A stretch of DNA of 64,000 nucleotides from a virus: IMG/VR virus record IMGVR_UViG_3300037418_004082; one strand, given 5' to 3'. This document shows, piece after piece, positions 53,402 through 62,277 of the stretch (positions within the stretch are counted from its first letter, which is position 1; the number at the start of each line of letters is the position of its first letter). A model generated the notes under the pieces. The model was given only the letters and a program-made list of their open reading frames with translations, did no database searches and was not told the origin of the DNA. The translations under genes were made by a program, and so were the position numbers.

Positions 53402-53933
53402 GGTGTTGTACGAGTCCTCGGTAGATGTTGTTGTTGCGATGACCGGCGCGGAAGCGAACCGCCTTGCCCTTCTCGACCTCGTAGATGACGCGGAACATGT
53501 CGTTCTGGCCCGCCTTCATCTTGAAGCCTTGCGTCACGCAGCCGATGGATCCGGCCGCGATCGGATCGCCGATCCCTGGTTTAATTATCGCTCGCACCAT
53601 CTTCTTGAAGAGCGACATCTGGGTGTTCACGTCGCCCGGCGCGCCTTCAAGTGCGACGGCCATCACGGTGGCGACTTCGACGACGGCTTCGGTCTCGGTG
53701 AAGCGCCCGGTGTCGAGCACGGACTCCGTGCACTCGCGTGCCAGCTTGGCGAACTTCTTGTGCGGCTTGCACTTGCAGCGGATCACTTCGTGCAGGGCCG
53801 CGAGCACCTTGTCCGACAGATGGTCGGGAGCCAACGGTCGATCCGCCACCAAGGGCGTGTGCGCCGCAACCAGCCCAACAATGTAGTTGTGGGAAGCCCT
53901 AGCTGCCGGAGGCTTGGGAGCCGCCGGCACCAC
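53394..53933 (-). CDS. Hypothetical protein
   Basis: 179 aa, fills the operon. Confidence 0.65.
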   Translation of the reverse strand: MVPAAPKPPAARASHNYIVGLVAAHTPLVADRPLAPDHLSDKVLAALHEVIRCKCKPHKKFAKLARECTESVLDTGRFTETEAVVEVATVMAVALEGAPGDVNTQMSLFKKMVRAIIKPGIGDPIAAGSIGCVTQGFKMKAGQNDMFRVIYEVEKGKAVRFRAGHRNNNIYRGLVQHHA

Positions 53934-53953
53934 GGCCGTCAGGACGGGCTCGT

Positions 53954-54523
53954 CTACCTGGCGGCCGGAATGAAACTTTCCAGCTTCGCGTTCAGATCGG
54001 CGGGCAGATCCACCGACGAGGCGGGCTGCTTGAGCAGCTTGTCGTGCTCCTCCAGCAGGTCGTTGTGGTCCTTCTGGAGGTCGGCGAGCTTGGCCTGCAG
54101 GGCGGTCATTTCCTCGTCGCGCGCGGTGAGCTTGCCGACGGCCTGGTTATGCGCCAGCTCAAGCGTCGTGAAGGCGTGGGACTGCTTGTCGCGCAGCTCC
54201 TGAAGCTGCTGCACCTGGTCCAGCAGCCAATAGAGCTTGGTGGTCCAGTCCGCCGTAGAGGGGACGGGTGCCGCCGTCGAAGCGGGGATCTTCTCGATCT
54301 CCGCCTGGCACAGGTTGCACAGGTCGTAGTTCTCCGACGTGTCGAACGGGTTCACGAGAGCGTACTGATGAGGGGAGCGATGGCAGGCCGGCTTGCCCGC
54401 GATCATTACGTGAGCGGTCGTGCTATGCGGAGGGATCTTCGTCGTGACGAAGACGAACGGCTTGTTGATCTTCTCCGCCAGCGTGGTGGCAAAGTCCATC
54501 AGATGGGGACGCGTGTTGGACAT
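53954..54523 (-). CDS. H-C-CxxC zinc module plus coiled coil
   Basis: AHV...ACH...LCNLC; SD GAAAGGA. Confidence 0.75.
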   Translation of the reverse strand: MSNTRPHLMDFATTLAEKINKPFVFVTTKIPPHSTTAHVMIAGKPACHRSPHQYALVNPFDTSENYDLCNLCQAEIEKIPASTAAPVPSTADWTTKLYWLLDQVQQLQELRDKQSHAFTTLELAHNQAVGKLTARDEEMTALQAKLADLQKDHNDLLEEHDKLLKQPASSVDLPADLNAKLESFIPAAR

Positions 54524-54587
54524 GGTGATTCCTTTCACGATAAGTGACGCCCTCGCCACGAGGGCGTCACGTGGTTTGTACGAACAG

Positions 54588-55877
54588 TTAGCCGACCGGC
54601 GCGCCGATCTCGCGGAGTTGGTCGAGCATCACGGCGGGCAAGCGGATCTGACCCGCTTCCTTGAGCCGCGTGTTCTCCTCCGCGAGCGCCGTGTTGGTCA
54701 GGGTCAACTCCTCGATCTTGGTGGCCTGGAGCTGCACGCGCTCCATCAGCCAGGCCATGTGCTTGATGACGGCGTCCGCGTCCACCGCCACCGATGCGCG
54801 AACCGGGCTGGGCGGCGTGCTGGCCTTGAGCGGCACCTCCGCGGGCGGCGGCATCTGCTGCCAGGGCGGTGCCGGCATGGGAACCGTCTGCTCGAACCCG
54901 GGCGGCACCTGCGCGGCGTCGGCGAGCAACGGCGGCGCATCTTCCGCGTCGGCCGACCCCGGGTCCACGTCCAGGGCCTGGCCGTTCTTGAAGAAGCCGA
55001 TGCGGTCGTAATCCAGCAGGTGCTGGAAGCACGACTTGCAGACGGTCATCTCCTTGCCGTGCTCCAGGGGGATGTGCGCGAGGATGCGGTTGCCGCACAT
55101 CGGCTTGAACGCACGGATCTTGATGGCCTCGCCCACGTGCCACGCCTGCGTCACGATGACGTGCGCCACCGCCGCGTCGGGCCCCGTGAGCGCGTAGATG
55201 AAGCGCATGGGCAAGAGCTTCTCGACCCGGCCCTCCGTCGTGAGCGGCGGGGTCAAGTGCTTGACGGCCTTGTCCCGGTCGGCCATCTCCTGCGCCAGGT
55301 TGCGCTGGTTCATGGCGTGCTTGGGGCTCTCCGACCCCATCGGATTCACGGGCTCCGCCGGCTTCGACGGCGCGATCTTCGGGGTGGGCACGGCTTCCGC
55401 GACCGGTGCGGGCTTGGGCAGTTCGGGCGCGGCAGGGGGAAGAGGCGGGGGTGCAGCGGCGTCCACCTTCTTCTCGACCGGCTTGGGCGGTTCGGGCTTT
55501 CGCGGCGTCAGCGCGTCGTCCACGACCTTGTGCAAAGGCGTCGTGCCAGGGGCCGGCTTGACCTTGGTCATCTGGTAGGCGGCATGGAGCTTCTTGGCAC
55601 GGTTCAAGCACACCGCGCAGATGACGAGGCCCTCGCTGGTAGCGACCGGCTTCTTCATCGGCATGGCGTCCTTGCGGCACAGCGGCGCCTGCTCCACGAT
55701 GGGGTAGGCATAGCCTTCCGGCGCCTTGACCGGCTTGGTCGGCACGACGTGTGCGCACAGCGTCGCACCCGGCTGGGTGCTGCGCTCGAAGGTGTAAGGG
55801 AAGGTAAGGGCTTCGGCCAGGGCTCCTAGCTTGTTCGTCTTACAGTTGGGATCGGGCATAGCGGGCATTTGAACCAT
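54588..55877 (-). CDS. Protein with two H-C-CxxC zinc modules, Pro-rich linkers and a C-terminal coiled coil
   Basis: AHVV...PLC...ICAVC and AHVI...PMC...VCKSC. Confidence 0.75.
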   Translation of the reverse strand: MVQMPAMPDPNCKTNKLGALAEALTFPYTFERSTQPGATLCAHVVPTKPVKAPEGYAYPIVEQAPLCRKDAMPMKKPVATSEGLVICAVCLNRAKKLHAAYQMTKVKPAPGTTPLHKVVDDALTPRKPEPPKPVEKKVDAAAPPPLPPAAPELPKPAPVAEAVPTPKIAPSKPAEPVNPMGSESPKHAMNQRNLAQEMADRDKAVKHLTPPLTTEGRVEKLLPMRFIYALTGPDAAVAHVIVTQAWHVGEAIKIRAFKPMCGNRILAHIPLEHGKEMTVCKSCFQHLLDYDRIGFFKNGQALDVDPGSADAEDAPPLLADAAQVPPGFEQTVPMPAPPWQQMPPPAEVPLKASTPPSPVRASVAVDADAVIKHMAWLMERVQLQATKIEELTLTNTALAEENTRLKEAGQIRLPAVMLDQLREIGAPVG

Positions 55878-55890
55878 CCTTTCGGTATCG

Positions 55891-57093
55891 CTACCGTCTT
55901 GCCGCGGCCGCTTCCTCGCGCTCCAGCGCGTACGCCACGGCGAACTCCGGGTGGCAGTGCTCCAGGTAGGGGCACGGCTCCTTGGTCAACTTGTTCACGC
56001 AGTTGGACGAGAAGTCCGTCGGGTTCTGCTGGATGAACACCTCTTGTTCGATCGCCTTGATGGCCTTCATCTTGCGCGCGACCGCCTGCTCCGCCTTGAC
56101 GGGGTCGAACGGCGCCCAGATGAACTGGTTGGTGCGCAGGTGCCAGATGGCGATCATGTGGGGGTACTGGCCGTGAATCTGCTTCCACGCCCAGCCGTAC
56201 AGCAGGAGCTGCTCCCAGTGCGCCACCTTCGACTGCGTGGGAGCTTCCTTGCTGCTCTTGTAATCGATCAAGTACACGCGGTTGTACGAGTCCGTCACGG
56301 CAAGGTCAATGTACCCCTTGTAGATGACGTCCGTGCCGGGGAAGTAAACCGCGTTGCGCAGGCGCTTGAACTCGTCGTCGTACTCGCTGATCTGGAACTC
56401 CACACCGTCGATGCGGCAACCCCACACGTGATCGGTGAAGATGTTGATGATGCTCATCACGTCGGCGTACACTTTGGTGAGCGAGAACTTGGCCCAGATG
56501 CCGACCTTGGGGATCAGCGACTTGACCGCGGCGGGATCGTCGTCCGGCAGCGGCACGATCGGCAGCGCGGCGTGCGCCTGCTTGGCCATGTTGTTGGCGT
56601 ACTCCTCCTGCTGCTCGATGCCGGCAGCGGCGTACGCGTTGGTCCAGGCGGCGGTCTTCTCCGGGGCCGTGGCGATGTCGTTCTTCCACGCTTCGGCGCC
56701 CTTGAACTTCCCGCTCTTGCGGATGGCGTCGGGCCCCTGATAGGACGCGCTCGCGCGCAGCTTGAGGTTGGCGAGGACCTGGGCGCTCATGTTGAGCGTG
56801 GGCAGCAGATGGGCCAGGTTGTCCTTGGCGAGCAGCGTGTGCCAGTGCTCCGCGGCGAGCTGTTGGACGCTGGGCACCTCGTGCGGCTGGGGCTGGCGCT
56901 GCCACTGCAACTGGAAGTTGCGGATGTTGTTGCCGTAGGTCTCCAGGATGTCGTGGCAGATCGAACCGACCGTCGTGGAGAAACGGTCGGTGTCGGGCCG
57001 CGGCACGCTCTTGTCGATGTAGTACAGGCGGTAGTATTCGCTGCACTCGTTGTACTTGTCCAGCCGTGTGTGGCTGAAGAACTTGAACGACAT
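55891..57093 (-). CDS. PD-(D/E)xK nuclease, Cas4/RecB/AddB-like, with a probable 4-Cys cluster
   Basis: FSHTRL...EC, GSICHDILE, GYIDL, LIDYKS, QLLLY, C...CPYLEHC. Confidence 0.9.
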   Translation of the reverse strand: MSFKFFSHTRLDKYNECSEYYRLYYIDKSVPRPDTDRFSTTVGSICHDILETYGNNIRNFQLQWQRQPQPHEVPSVQQLAAEHWHTLLAKDNLAHLLPTLNMSAQVLANLKLRASASYQGPDAIRKSGKFKGAEAWKNDIATAPEKTAAWTNAYAAAGIEQQEEYANNMAKQAHAALPIVPLPDDDPAAVKSLIPKVGIWAKFSLTKVYADVMSIINIFTDHVWGCRIDGVEFQISEYDDEFKRLRNAVYFPGTDVIYKGYIDLAVTDSYNRVYLIDYKSSKEAPTQSKVAHWEQLLLYGWAWKQIHGQYPHMIAIWHLRTNQFIWAPFDPVKAEQAVARKMKAIKAIEQEVFIQQNPTDFSSNCVNKLTKEPCPYLEHCHPEFAVAYALEREEAAAARR

Positions 57094-57119
57094 TGATTAC
57101 GTGCTCCTGATGTGATGCG

Positions 57120-57740
57120 TTACGTGATGCAGTTGAGAATACGTTCGTGAACTTCGTCAACAGTACCACAACCATCGACTACTTGCCAAGAGGTACGTCC
57201 ACCCGCGTGAGAGATCGCGTACGGCGGCGCGTTGAACACGTGCAGGTACGCTTCTCTCACACGACGAAGACGATCTTCGTTCGCTTCGTACGCATCATCA
57301 CGAATGGGACGACGACGGAAAGACTCCTCGACGGGGATGTCGATGAGGATCTGCACGTCCGGCTGCGGGATGTCACCGGGGATGATGCTGTAGAGCCAGT
57401 CGAGGTCGAGGCCGTCGGCCAGGCCGTACGCGAACGCGCTTGCCGTGTAGCGGTCCAGCACCAGGGAGCCCTCCGCGAGCATGGCCTTGAGCTTGGGGCG
57501 AGCCTCCAGCCGGTTCACGGTCTGGAGGGCCTGCAACGCGTGGCCGGCGTGCACGGGGTCCGGGTGCGGGTTGTTGAACGCCTTCACGATCTCCCGGCCG
57601 CTGACGCTGTCGTAGACCGGGAACTTGTAAGTCTGGGCACCCAGCTTGTTGGCGAGCAGTTGGATCTGCGTGCCCTTGCCGGCGGCGTCGAGGCCCTCCA
57701 GCGCGACGAGGCGCTTGCCCGCGGGAACGGTCCAGAGCAT
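57120..57740 (-). CDS. tmk: Thymidylate kinase
   Basis: LEGLDAAGKGTQ, LVLDRY, PDVQILID. Confidence 0.92.
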   Translation of the reverse strand: MLWTVPAGKRLVALEGLDAAGKGTQIQLLANKLGAQTYKFPVYDSVSGREIVKAFNNPHPDPVHAGHALQALQTVNRLEARPKLKAMLAEGSLVLDRYTASAFAYGLADGLDLDWLYSIIPGDIPQPDVQILIDIPVEESFRRRPIRDDAYEANEDRLRRVREAYLHVFNAPPYAISHAGGRTSWQVVDGCGTVDEVHERILNCIT

Positions 57741-58577
57741 CTACGCCACCGCCTTCGTGACCAACGAGAAGTCGTGCTCGTTGGGGATCATCTTGCGCCG
57801 GCTCACCCAGCCGCACAGGTTGCCGTAGAACTCGTCGTCATCCGCGGGCGTGGCCGCGTGCTCCAGCGGGCTCATGTGACCGGCCGTCGTGAGCCGGCCC
57901 GTCATCGCGATGTCGTCCACGGCGTCACGAACACCGTTGTGCGTCACGTGCGTGACACGAGCGCAGCGACCCACGCTCGCCGACACGATGTCTTCGAGCC
58001 CGAACGCCTGCTGCAAGTCGGCGAGGTCGGGCGTCAGCGGCAGGTGCCACTCACCGTACGCCAGGCGCTTGGGCGTGGACGCTTCCCGCGCCTCGCGCAT
58101 CATCACCGCGATCGTCTGGATCTCCGGCTGCGCGTCGGGGTGGCAACGCAGGGCGAAGAAGTTGTCCCACTCCGTCGCCGTGAAGATGGCGGTGTACCAC
58201 TGGAACGGTTCCAGCACACGGTTGGCGAGCTGCTTGTGCAGGCCGATCAGCTCGAACAGCCACGAGACGAACACGGCGATGCGCGAGGCCGCGATCCAAA
58301 CCTGGATGGCCGCCCAGCGGCGCCAGCCCGTCAGCTCCGCCTTGGCCTGCATCCCCGCCTGGTTCTTGCCCAGGTAGGTCGGGATGAAGGGGTTGTCCCA
58401 CACGGCCTTGCGGATCTTCTTCGTGGGGATCGCGCGGCTGCTCGCAGCGTTGCGGCTAAACATGCGATGGGTCATCATCTCCGCGTGGATGATGCGCGGG
58501 TAGGTCAGCTCCATGGTCGTGAGGCGCTTGCCGCGAGGGCTGACGCTGTCGGCCAGGATGACGACGTTGTAGGCCAA
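57741..58577 (-). CDS. thyX: Flavin-dependent thymidylate synthase (phage ThyX/Thy1 type)
   Basis: PRIIHAEMMTHRMFSRNAASSRAIP (T/R-H-R-x7-S), HKQ-x-x-NR, SPLEH. Confidence 0.85.
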   Translation of the reverse strand: MAYNVVILADSVSPRGKRLTTMELTYPRIIHAEMMTHRMFSRNAASSRAIPTKKIRKAVWDNPFIPTYLGKNQAGMQAKAELTGWRRWAAIQVWIAASRIAVFVSWLFELIGLHKQLANRVLEPFQWYTAIFTATEWDNFFALRCHPDAQPEIQTIAVMMREAREASTPKRLAYGEWHLPLTPDLADLQQAFGLEDIVSASVGRCARVTHVTHNGVRDAVDDIAMTGRLTTAGHMSPLEHAATPADDDEFYGNLCGWVSRRKMIPNEHDFSLVTKAVA

Positions 58578-58581
58578 GGTT

Positions 58582-58905
58582 CTATTCCTCCGTTCCCGGC
58601 AGCACGAAGCATGCCGACAGATAGTGCTTGTGGGGCGGCCAGGACTTGGGCGTCACGTCCTCCGCCTTCCTGCTCTCCAGGTTGATCAAGTTGACGCGCT
58701 TCCACGGGAAGTCGGCGAGGCCGTCCTCCGGGCTCGTCAGGATGTCGCAGCACAGGTCCACGCACTCGTTGCAGATGAAGACGCCCGGTGCCGCGATGAG
58801 CTTGGCGACGGATTCAAGCGCCTTTCCGCAGAACGAGCACCTCGACGTGTACTGCGGCGGCAGCGGGTCCTTCTTGAGCGGTTCGTCGGGGTTCAAGAAC
58901 GTCAC
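58582..58905 (-). CDS. Stand-alone ClpX C4-type zinc-binding domain
   Basis: CSFCGK...[18 protein letters not shown]; no ATPase domain follows. Confidence 0.88.
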   Translation of the reverse strand: MTFLNPDEPLKKDPLPPQYTSRCSFCGKALESVAKLIAAPGVFICNECVDLCCDILTSPEDGLADFPWKRVNLINLESRKAEDVTPKSWPPHKHYLSACFVLPGTEE

Positions 58906-59408
58906 ACCAGCTCCAGTGCACGCTCGCTCTGCGGCACCATCACGGTGCGCCAGCCGGCAGCGGCCGCGTGCTCCAATGCGCCCATCGGCGTCTTGCGGTG
59001 CATCACGACGCTGTGCCAGACCTCCATCAACGCGAGCAGCGAGCCGCCGTTCATCGAGCCCTCGACGCGGTACACGTTGGGGTGCCAGTAGAACGCGCAC
59101 GTCGTGTTGTCCACGGTGAAGGCCGTGCGCGTGTAGTCCCAGATGATGACGGGCTTGTTGGTGAGCAGGCCGCCGCCCAGCTCGACGTGGGTGCCGCGGC
59201 CGCCGGGCAGGAGCACGAGCACGACGTCGGCCGACCGCACGCCCTCGACCTCCTTGACCGACACTTCCTGCAGCCGCTCGATGCTGCTGCCCGCGGGGCC
59301 GTGGTCGAACCAGCGATAGGTGATGATGTGGCCCAGGTCCTCCAGCATGTCGGCGACGCGCTTGGCCTCGGCCAGGTTGTCGAGACCGCTCGCGATGTAA
59401 ATGCGCAC
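58902..59408 (-). CDS. Nucleoside 2-deoxyribosyltransferase-like / nucleotide N-glycosidase
   Basis: RIYIAS...[26 protein letters not shown]. Confidence 0.8.
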   Translation of the reverse strand: MRIYIASGLDNLAEAKRVADMLEDLGHIITYRWFDHGPAGSSIERLQEVSVKEVEGVRSADVVLVLLPGGRGTHVELGGGLLTNKPVIIWDYTRTAFTVDNTTCAFYWHPNVYRVEGSMNGGSLLALMEVWHSVVMHRKTPMGALEHAAAAGWRTVMVPQSERALELV

Positions 59409-59419
59409 GTGTGGTTCTC

Positions 59420-59671
59420 CTATACTGCCGTGTGGCCGCACATCAAGCACGGCTGTCCGGGGGTGTGCTTCAACTTGATGGCGCGACTTTTCCCGTCACC
59501 CAGCTCGATGAGCCCTGCGATGGCGAGACCTTCGAGGTGGTAGTGCACCGTGCTCGTCGAGCGCAGGCCCGTACCCTCCGCGATCTCACGTACCGTTGGC
59601 GTGAGGCTGTTGGCTTTGAAGTAGGTCTGGATGAACTCCAGCACTTCGTTACGCGTATCCGACTTGCTCAT
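59420..59671 (-). CDS. LexA DNA-binding domain only (no peptidase), with a C-terminal CxxC
   Basis: EVLEFI...[22 protein letters not shown]...GLIE...KSRAI; CLMC. Confidence 0.88.
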   Translation of the reverse strand: MSKSDTRNEVLEFIQTYFKANSLTPTVREIAEGTGLRSTSTVHYHLEGLAIAGLIELGDGKSRAIKLKHTPGQPCLMCGHTAV

Positions 59672-60033
59672 TCACCGAACTCCACACGAAAGGGCACGCC
59701 GATCTTGCCTTTCAACGACGCGTACTGCGTCTCCTCGACGGGGATGCGCATGCGCTGATCGCAGTGCTTGCACCAGGTGTCGGCCCAGTCGCCCCCGCCG
59801 TAACCCGTGTCGCCGTGCTCGTTGTGGCCGGTGACGAGACCGCACAAGAGCTTGGCGGGCCAGAGCAGCAGACGGTAGCCGCGCAACGGCCGGACACCCG
59901 GCAGGATCTTCTGCTGCAGCAGGCCGTCGATCAGCCCTTTACGGTACGCACGAACCAATTGGCTCACGACCGGCGTCAACGCCAGGCGGATCAGGGCGAG
60001 GTAACCGTACTGGCGGGTCTGCGGGCCGCACAT
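59668..60033 (-). CDS. Hypothetical protein
   Basis: LLCGLVTGH...WCKHC; overlap coupling. Confidence 0.7.
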   Translation of the reverse strand: MCGPQTRQYGYLALIRLALTPVVSQLVRAYRKGLIDGLLQQKILPGVRPLRGYRLLLWPAKLLCGLVTGHNEHGDTGYGGGDWADTWCKHCDQRMRIPVEETQYASLKGKIGVPFRVEFGE

Positions 60034-60573
60034 CTACTTGATCCTCCCGGCCCGGCGCAGCTCCGCCTCGATCACCGCCACCGACTTCATCACGCGGAAC
60101 TCCGCGCCGGCCAGGGCGACGAGCACGCTGTTGGCGTCCGGGCACTGCAGCGCGCTGATCCCCTGCTGCTGCTCCAGCTTCAAGAGGGACTCGACGAGCT
60201 GCTTGAGGCTGCTGGGATAGCGGTAGCCCTTGGCCGGAGCCCAGTTCGTCCAGCGCTTCTCCTCCTCGTTCCAGTTCCGGCTCAACAGCTCGAAGCAGAT
60301 GAACTGCTTAGTGAGCTTGAACGCGTAGTGGTCGGAGAGCTGGATGATGGGGAAGCCGCCGGGCTTGCCGACCTCTTCGGTCTCGTCGTCATCGGCGACC
60401 TCTTCGTCCGCGTCGGACGACGGGTCGGCTTCCGGCATGGGGGCCGCCTCCACCGCCGCCGCTATCGCCCGAGGCTTGCGCGTCCTGGGAGGCGCTGGCT
60501 CGGTCGGGGCGACGGTCCGGTACATGTCCCGCGGATCCTTGGGTGCGTCGGCGGCCTTCTTACGGGGCGGCAT
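60034..60573 (-). CDS. Hypothetical protein with an acidic linker
   Basis: 179 aa, operon order. Confidence 0.75.
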   Translation of the reverse strand: MPPRKKAADAPKDPRDMYRTVAPTEPAPPRTRKPRAIAAAVEAAPMPEADPSSDADEEVADDDETEEVGKPGGFPIIQLSDHYAFKLTKQFICFELLSRNWNEEEKRWTNWAPAKGYRYPSSLKQLVESLLKLEQQQGISALQCPDANSVLVALAGAEFRVMKSVAVIEAELRRAGRIK

Positions 60574-61090
60574 TCAGGACCTCTTCGAGCTTCTGGCCCA
60601 GGCCAGACGAGCCCCAACCCTTCGAGCCGCGCTGGCTGTCGGGGAGCTGCTCCACCGGGATGGACTTGAACAGCGGGTGGGTGTACTCCTCGACGCAGAT
60701 CTGCGCGATGCGATCGCCGTCGTTGACCACGAAGTTCTTGTCACCGTGGTTGTAGAGCACGATGCCGATCTCGCCGTGGAAGCCATTGTCGATGAGGCCC
60801 GCACCCGCCTCCACGCCGAACTTGGCGGCCAGGCCGCTGCGGCTCTGCACGCGGCCGCGGTAGCCCGGCGGTAGGATCAGGTGAACGCCCGTGCCGAAGA
60901 CCTTGTAGCAACCGGGGCGCACGATGGTCTGGCTATCAACCATCTTGCGCTCGTCCCAGTCGTTGCGCTCCGGGTTCCACGTGCGCAGCGTGTACGCGCC
61001 GACATCCGCGCCCACGTCGCCTTCACGTGCAATCGTGGGCATGAACGCGCCGGGGCGCAAGTAGGTAGGGACGTCAACCATCGTGAGCAC
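60560..61090 (-). CDS. dut: Trimeric dUTPase
   Basis: SRSGLA, GLID-x-x-F-x-GEI, GDRIAQ, RGSKGWGSSG. Confidence 0.93.
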   Translation of the reverse strand: MLTMVDVPTYLRPGAFMPTIAREGDVGADVGAYTLRTWNPERNDWDERKMVDSQTIVRPGCYKVFGTGVHLILPPGYRGRVQSRSGLAAKFGVEAGAGLIDNGFHGEIGIVLYNHGDKNFVVNDGDRIAQICVEEYTHPLFKSIPVEQLPDSQRGSKGWGSSGLGQKLEEVLNAAP

Positions 61091-61103
61091 GTGAACTTCC
61101 TCC

Positions 61104-61940
61104 TTATGAAACGACAGCGTGGTTCGGCGACGTGTAGAGGCCGGCGGCCGCGAGCGTCATCGCGACGCGGACGTCGAGCCCGTCCAGCTCGTTGCCCATC
61201 ACGGTCCAGTTCGGGCGCGGGTAACGGCAGAACATCTCCAGCTTGGTCTGGTTGGGGTACATCTGCTCCAGCCGCTCCGCCACCACGTCAGGCTTGCGGC
61301 TGTGCTCCCGGATGGGCTCGCGCACGGCGATGGTGCCGGTGGGCCACAACTCGGTCGCGCCGTTGTTGGGGTTGACCAACACGTCGCTATCCCAATCCCA
61401 CACGGTCTGTGGCGTCATCCGACGACCACCCACGGATTCCGGCGTGAGCTTGTTGCCGTCCTTGCCGCTCTTCTTGCGGTTGTACGTGAACAGCAGCACG
61501 TCTTCCGTGTTGGACGCCGTGTACGTGCCGGGCATCCCACGTTCTTTCTTGCCGTCCTTGGTGCACTTGAACCAGCAGAACGACTTGGTGCTGTACTCCA
61601 GCCCCCACGCCTTGCCGATCTCGATGGCGGAGTTGATGTGCGGACCCGTGACCCACATGTGGATGACGGCGCGGTCCGCGAGGATGCTGCGTACAAGCTT
61701 GCCCATCGCCATCATGTCTTCGATGGTCATCATGTCGTACTGCGCGTCGGCACCGCCACCGAACACGGTGCGGTTGCCTTCGCCGTGCGTGATACGACCG
61801 CCGTAGATCCAGGGCGGGTCGAGGTAGACGACCTCGTATTGCTTGGGCGCGTAGACCGGCACCGTGCGCGCGAGCTGCGGCAGGAAGGCCGGGTGGGGGT
61901 TGTACGGCTGGTAGTAGGGGACGAAGGGCTGGGTGGACAC
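61104..61940 (-). CDS. MT-A70-family N6-adenine methyltransferase
   Basis: YLDPPW, HMWVT, WGLEY...FCWFK, REHSRKP, LEMFCR, W-x-x-x-GNE. Confidence 0.92.
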   Translation of the reverse strand: MSTQPFVPYYQPYNPHPAFLPQLARTVPVYAPKQYEVVYLDPPWIYGGRITHGEGNRTVFGGGADAQYDMMTIEDMMAMGKLVRSILADRAVIHMWVTGPHINSAIEIGKAWGLEYSTKSFCWFKCTKDGKKERGMPGTYTASNTEDVLLFTYNRKKSGKDGNKLTPESVGGRRMTPQTVWDWDSDVLVNPNNGATELWPTGTIAVREPIREHSRKPDVVAERLEQMYPNQTKLEMFCRYPRPNWTVMGNELDGLDVRVAMTLAAAGLYTSPNHAVVS

Positions 61941-61941
61941 G

Positions 61942-62277
61942 CTAGGACCTCACGTGGGCTCGAAGGGCTGCATGGAGATCATCAACGTAGCGAGCAACCA
62001 CGTGACCATGGCAGGGGTTGGGTGCGCAGTAGCACACCAGGTTCGCGTTGCGCGGAATGGCGAGCAGGGCGTTGACCACGACCATGTTGCCGCCGGCCAC
62101 TTGCTCGTGAAGCCACACCTGGTAGTGCGCGATGGCCTCCTCGCGTGTCGTGACCTTCTTGACCTCCGGGAACTTGCTGGGCTTGCTCGACCAGCGGTTC
62201 GCGAGCGGTGACGGACGACCGATGTAGATGTCGCGTGTCGAGGGCACGTGGTAGTGCTTGTTAACCACGTGGGGCAT
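61942..62277 (-). CDS. DUF4326 protein
   Basis: IYIGRPS-x-x-AN...REEAIAHY...LVCYCAPNPCHGHV. Confidence 0.85.
   Translation of the reverse strand: MPHVVNKHYHVPSTRDIYIGRPSPLANRWSSKPSKFPEVKKVTTREEAIAHYQVWLHEQVAGGNMVVVNALLAIPRNANLVCYCAPNPCHGHVVARYVDDLHAALRAHVRS

Noticed and set aside
55891-57093. Cas4-like gene as evidence for a CRISPR-Cas system
   Set aside because: No repeat-spacer array and no cas1, cas2 or effector genes were seen; solo Cas4-like nucleases are common in phages.
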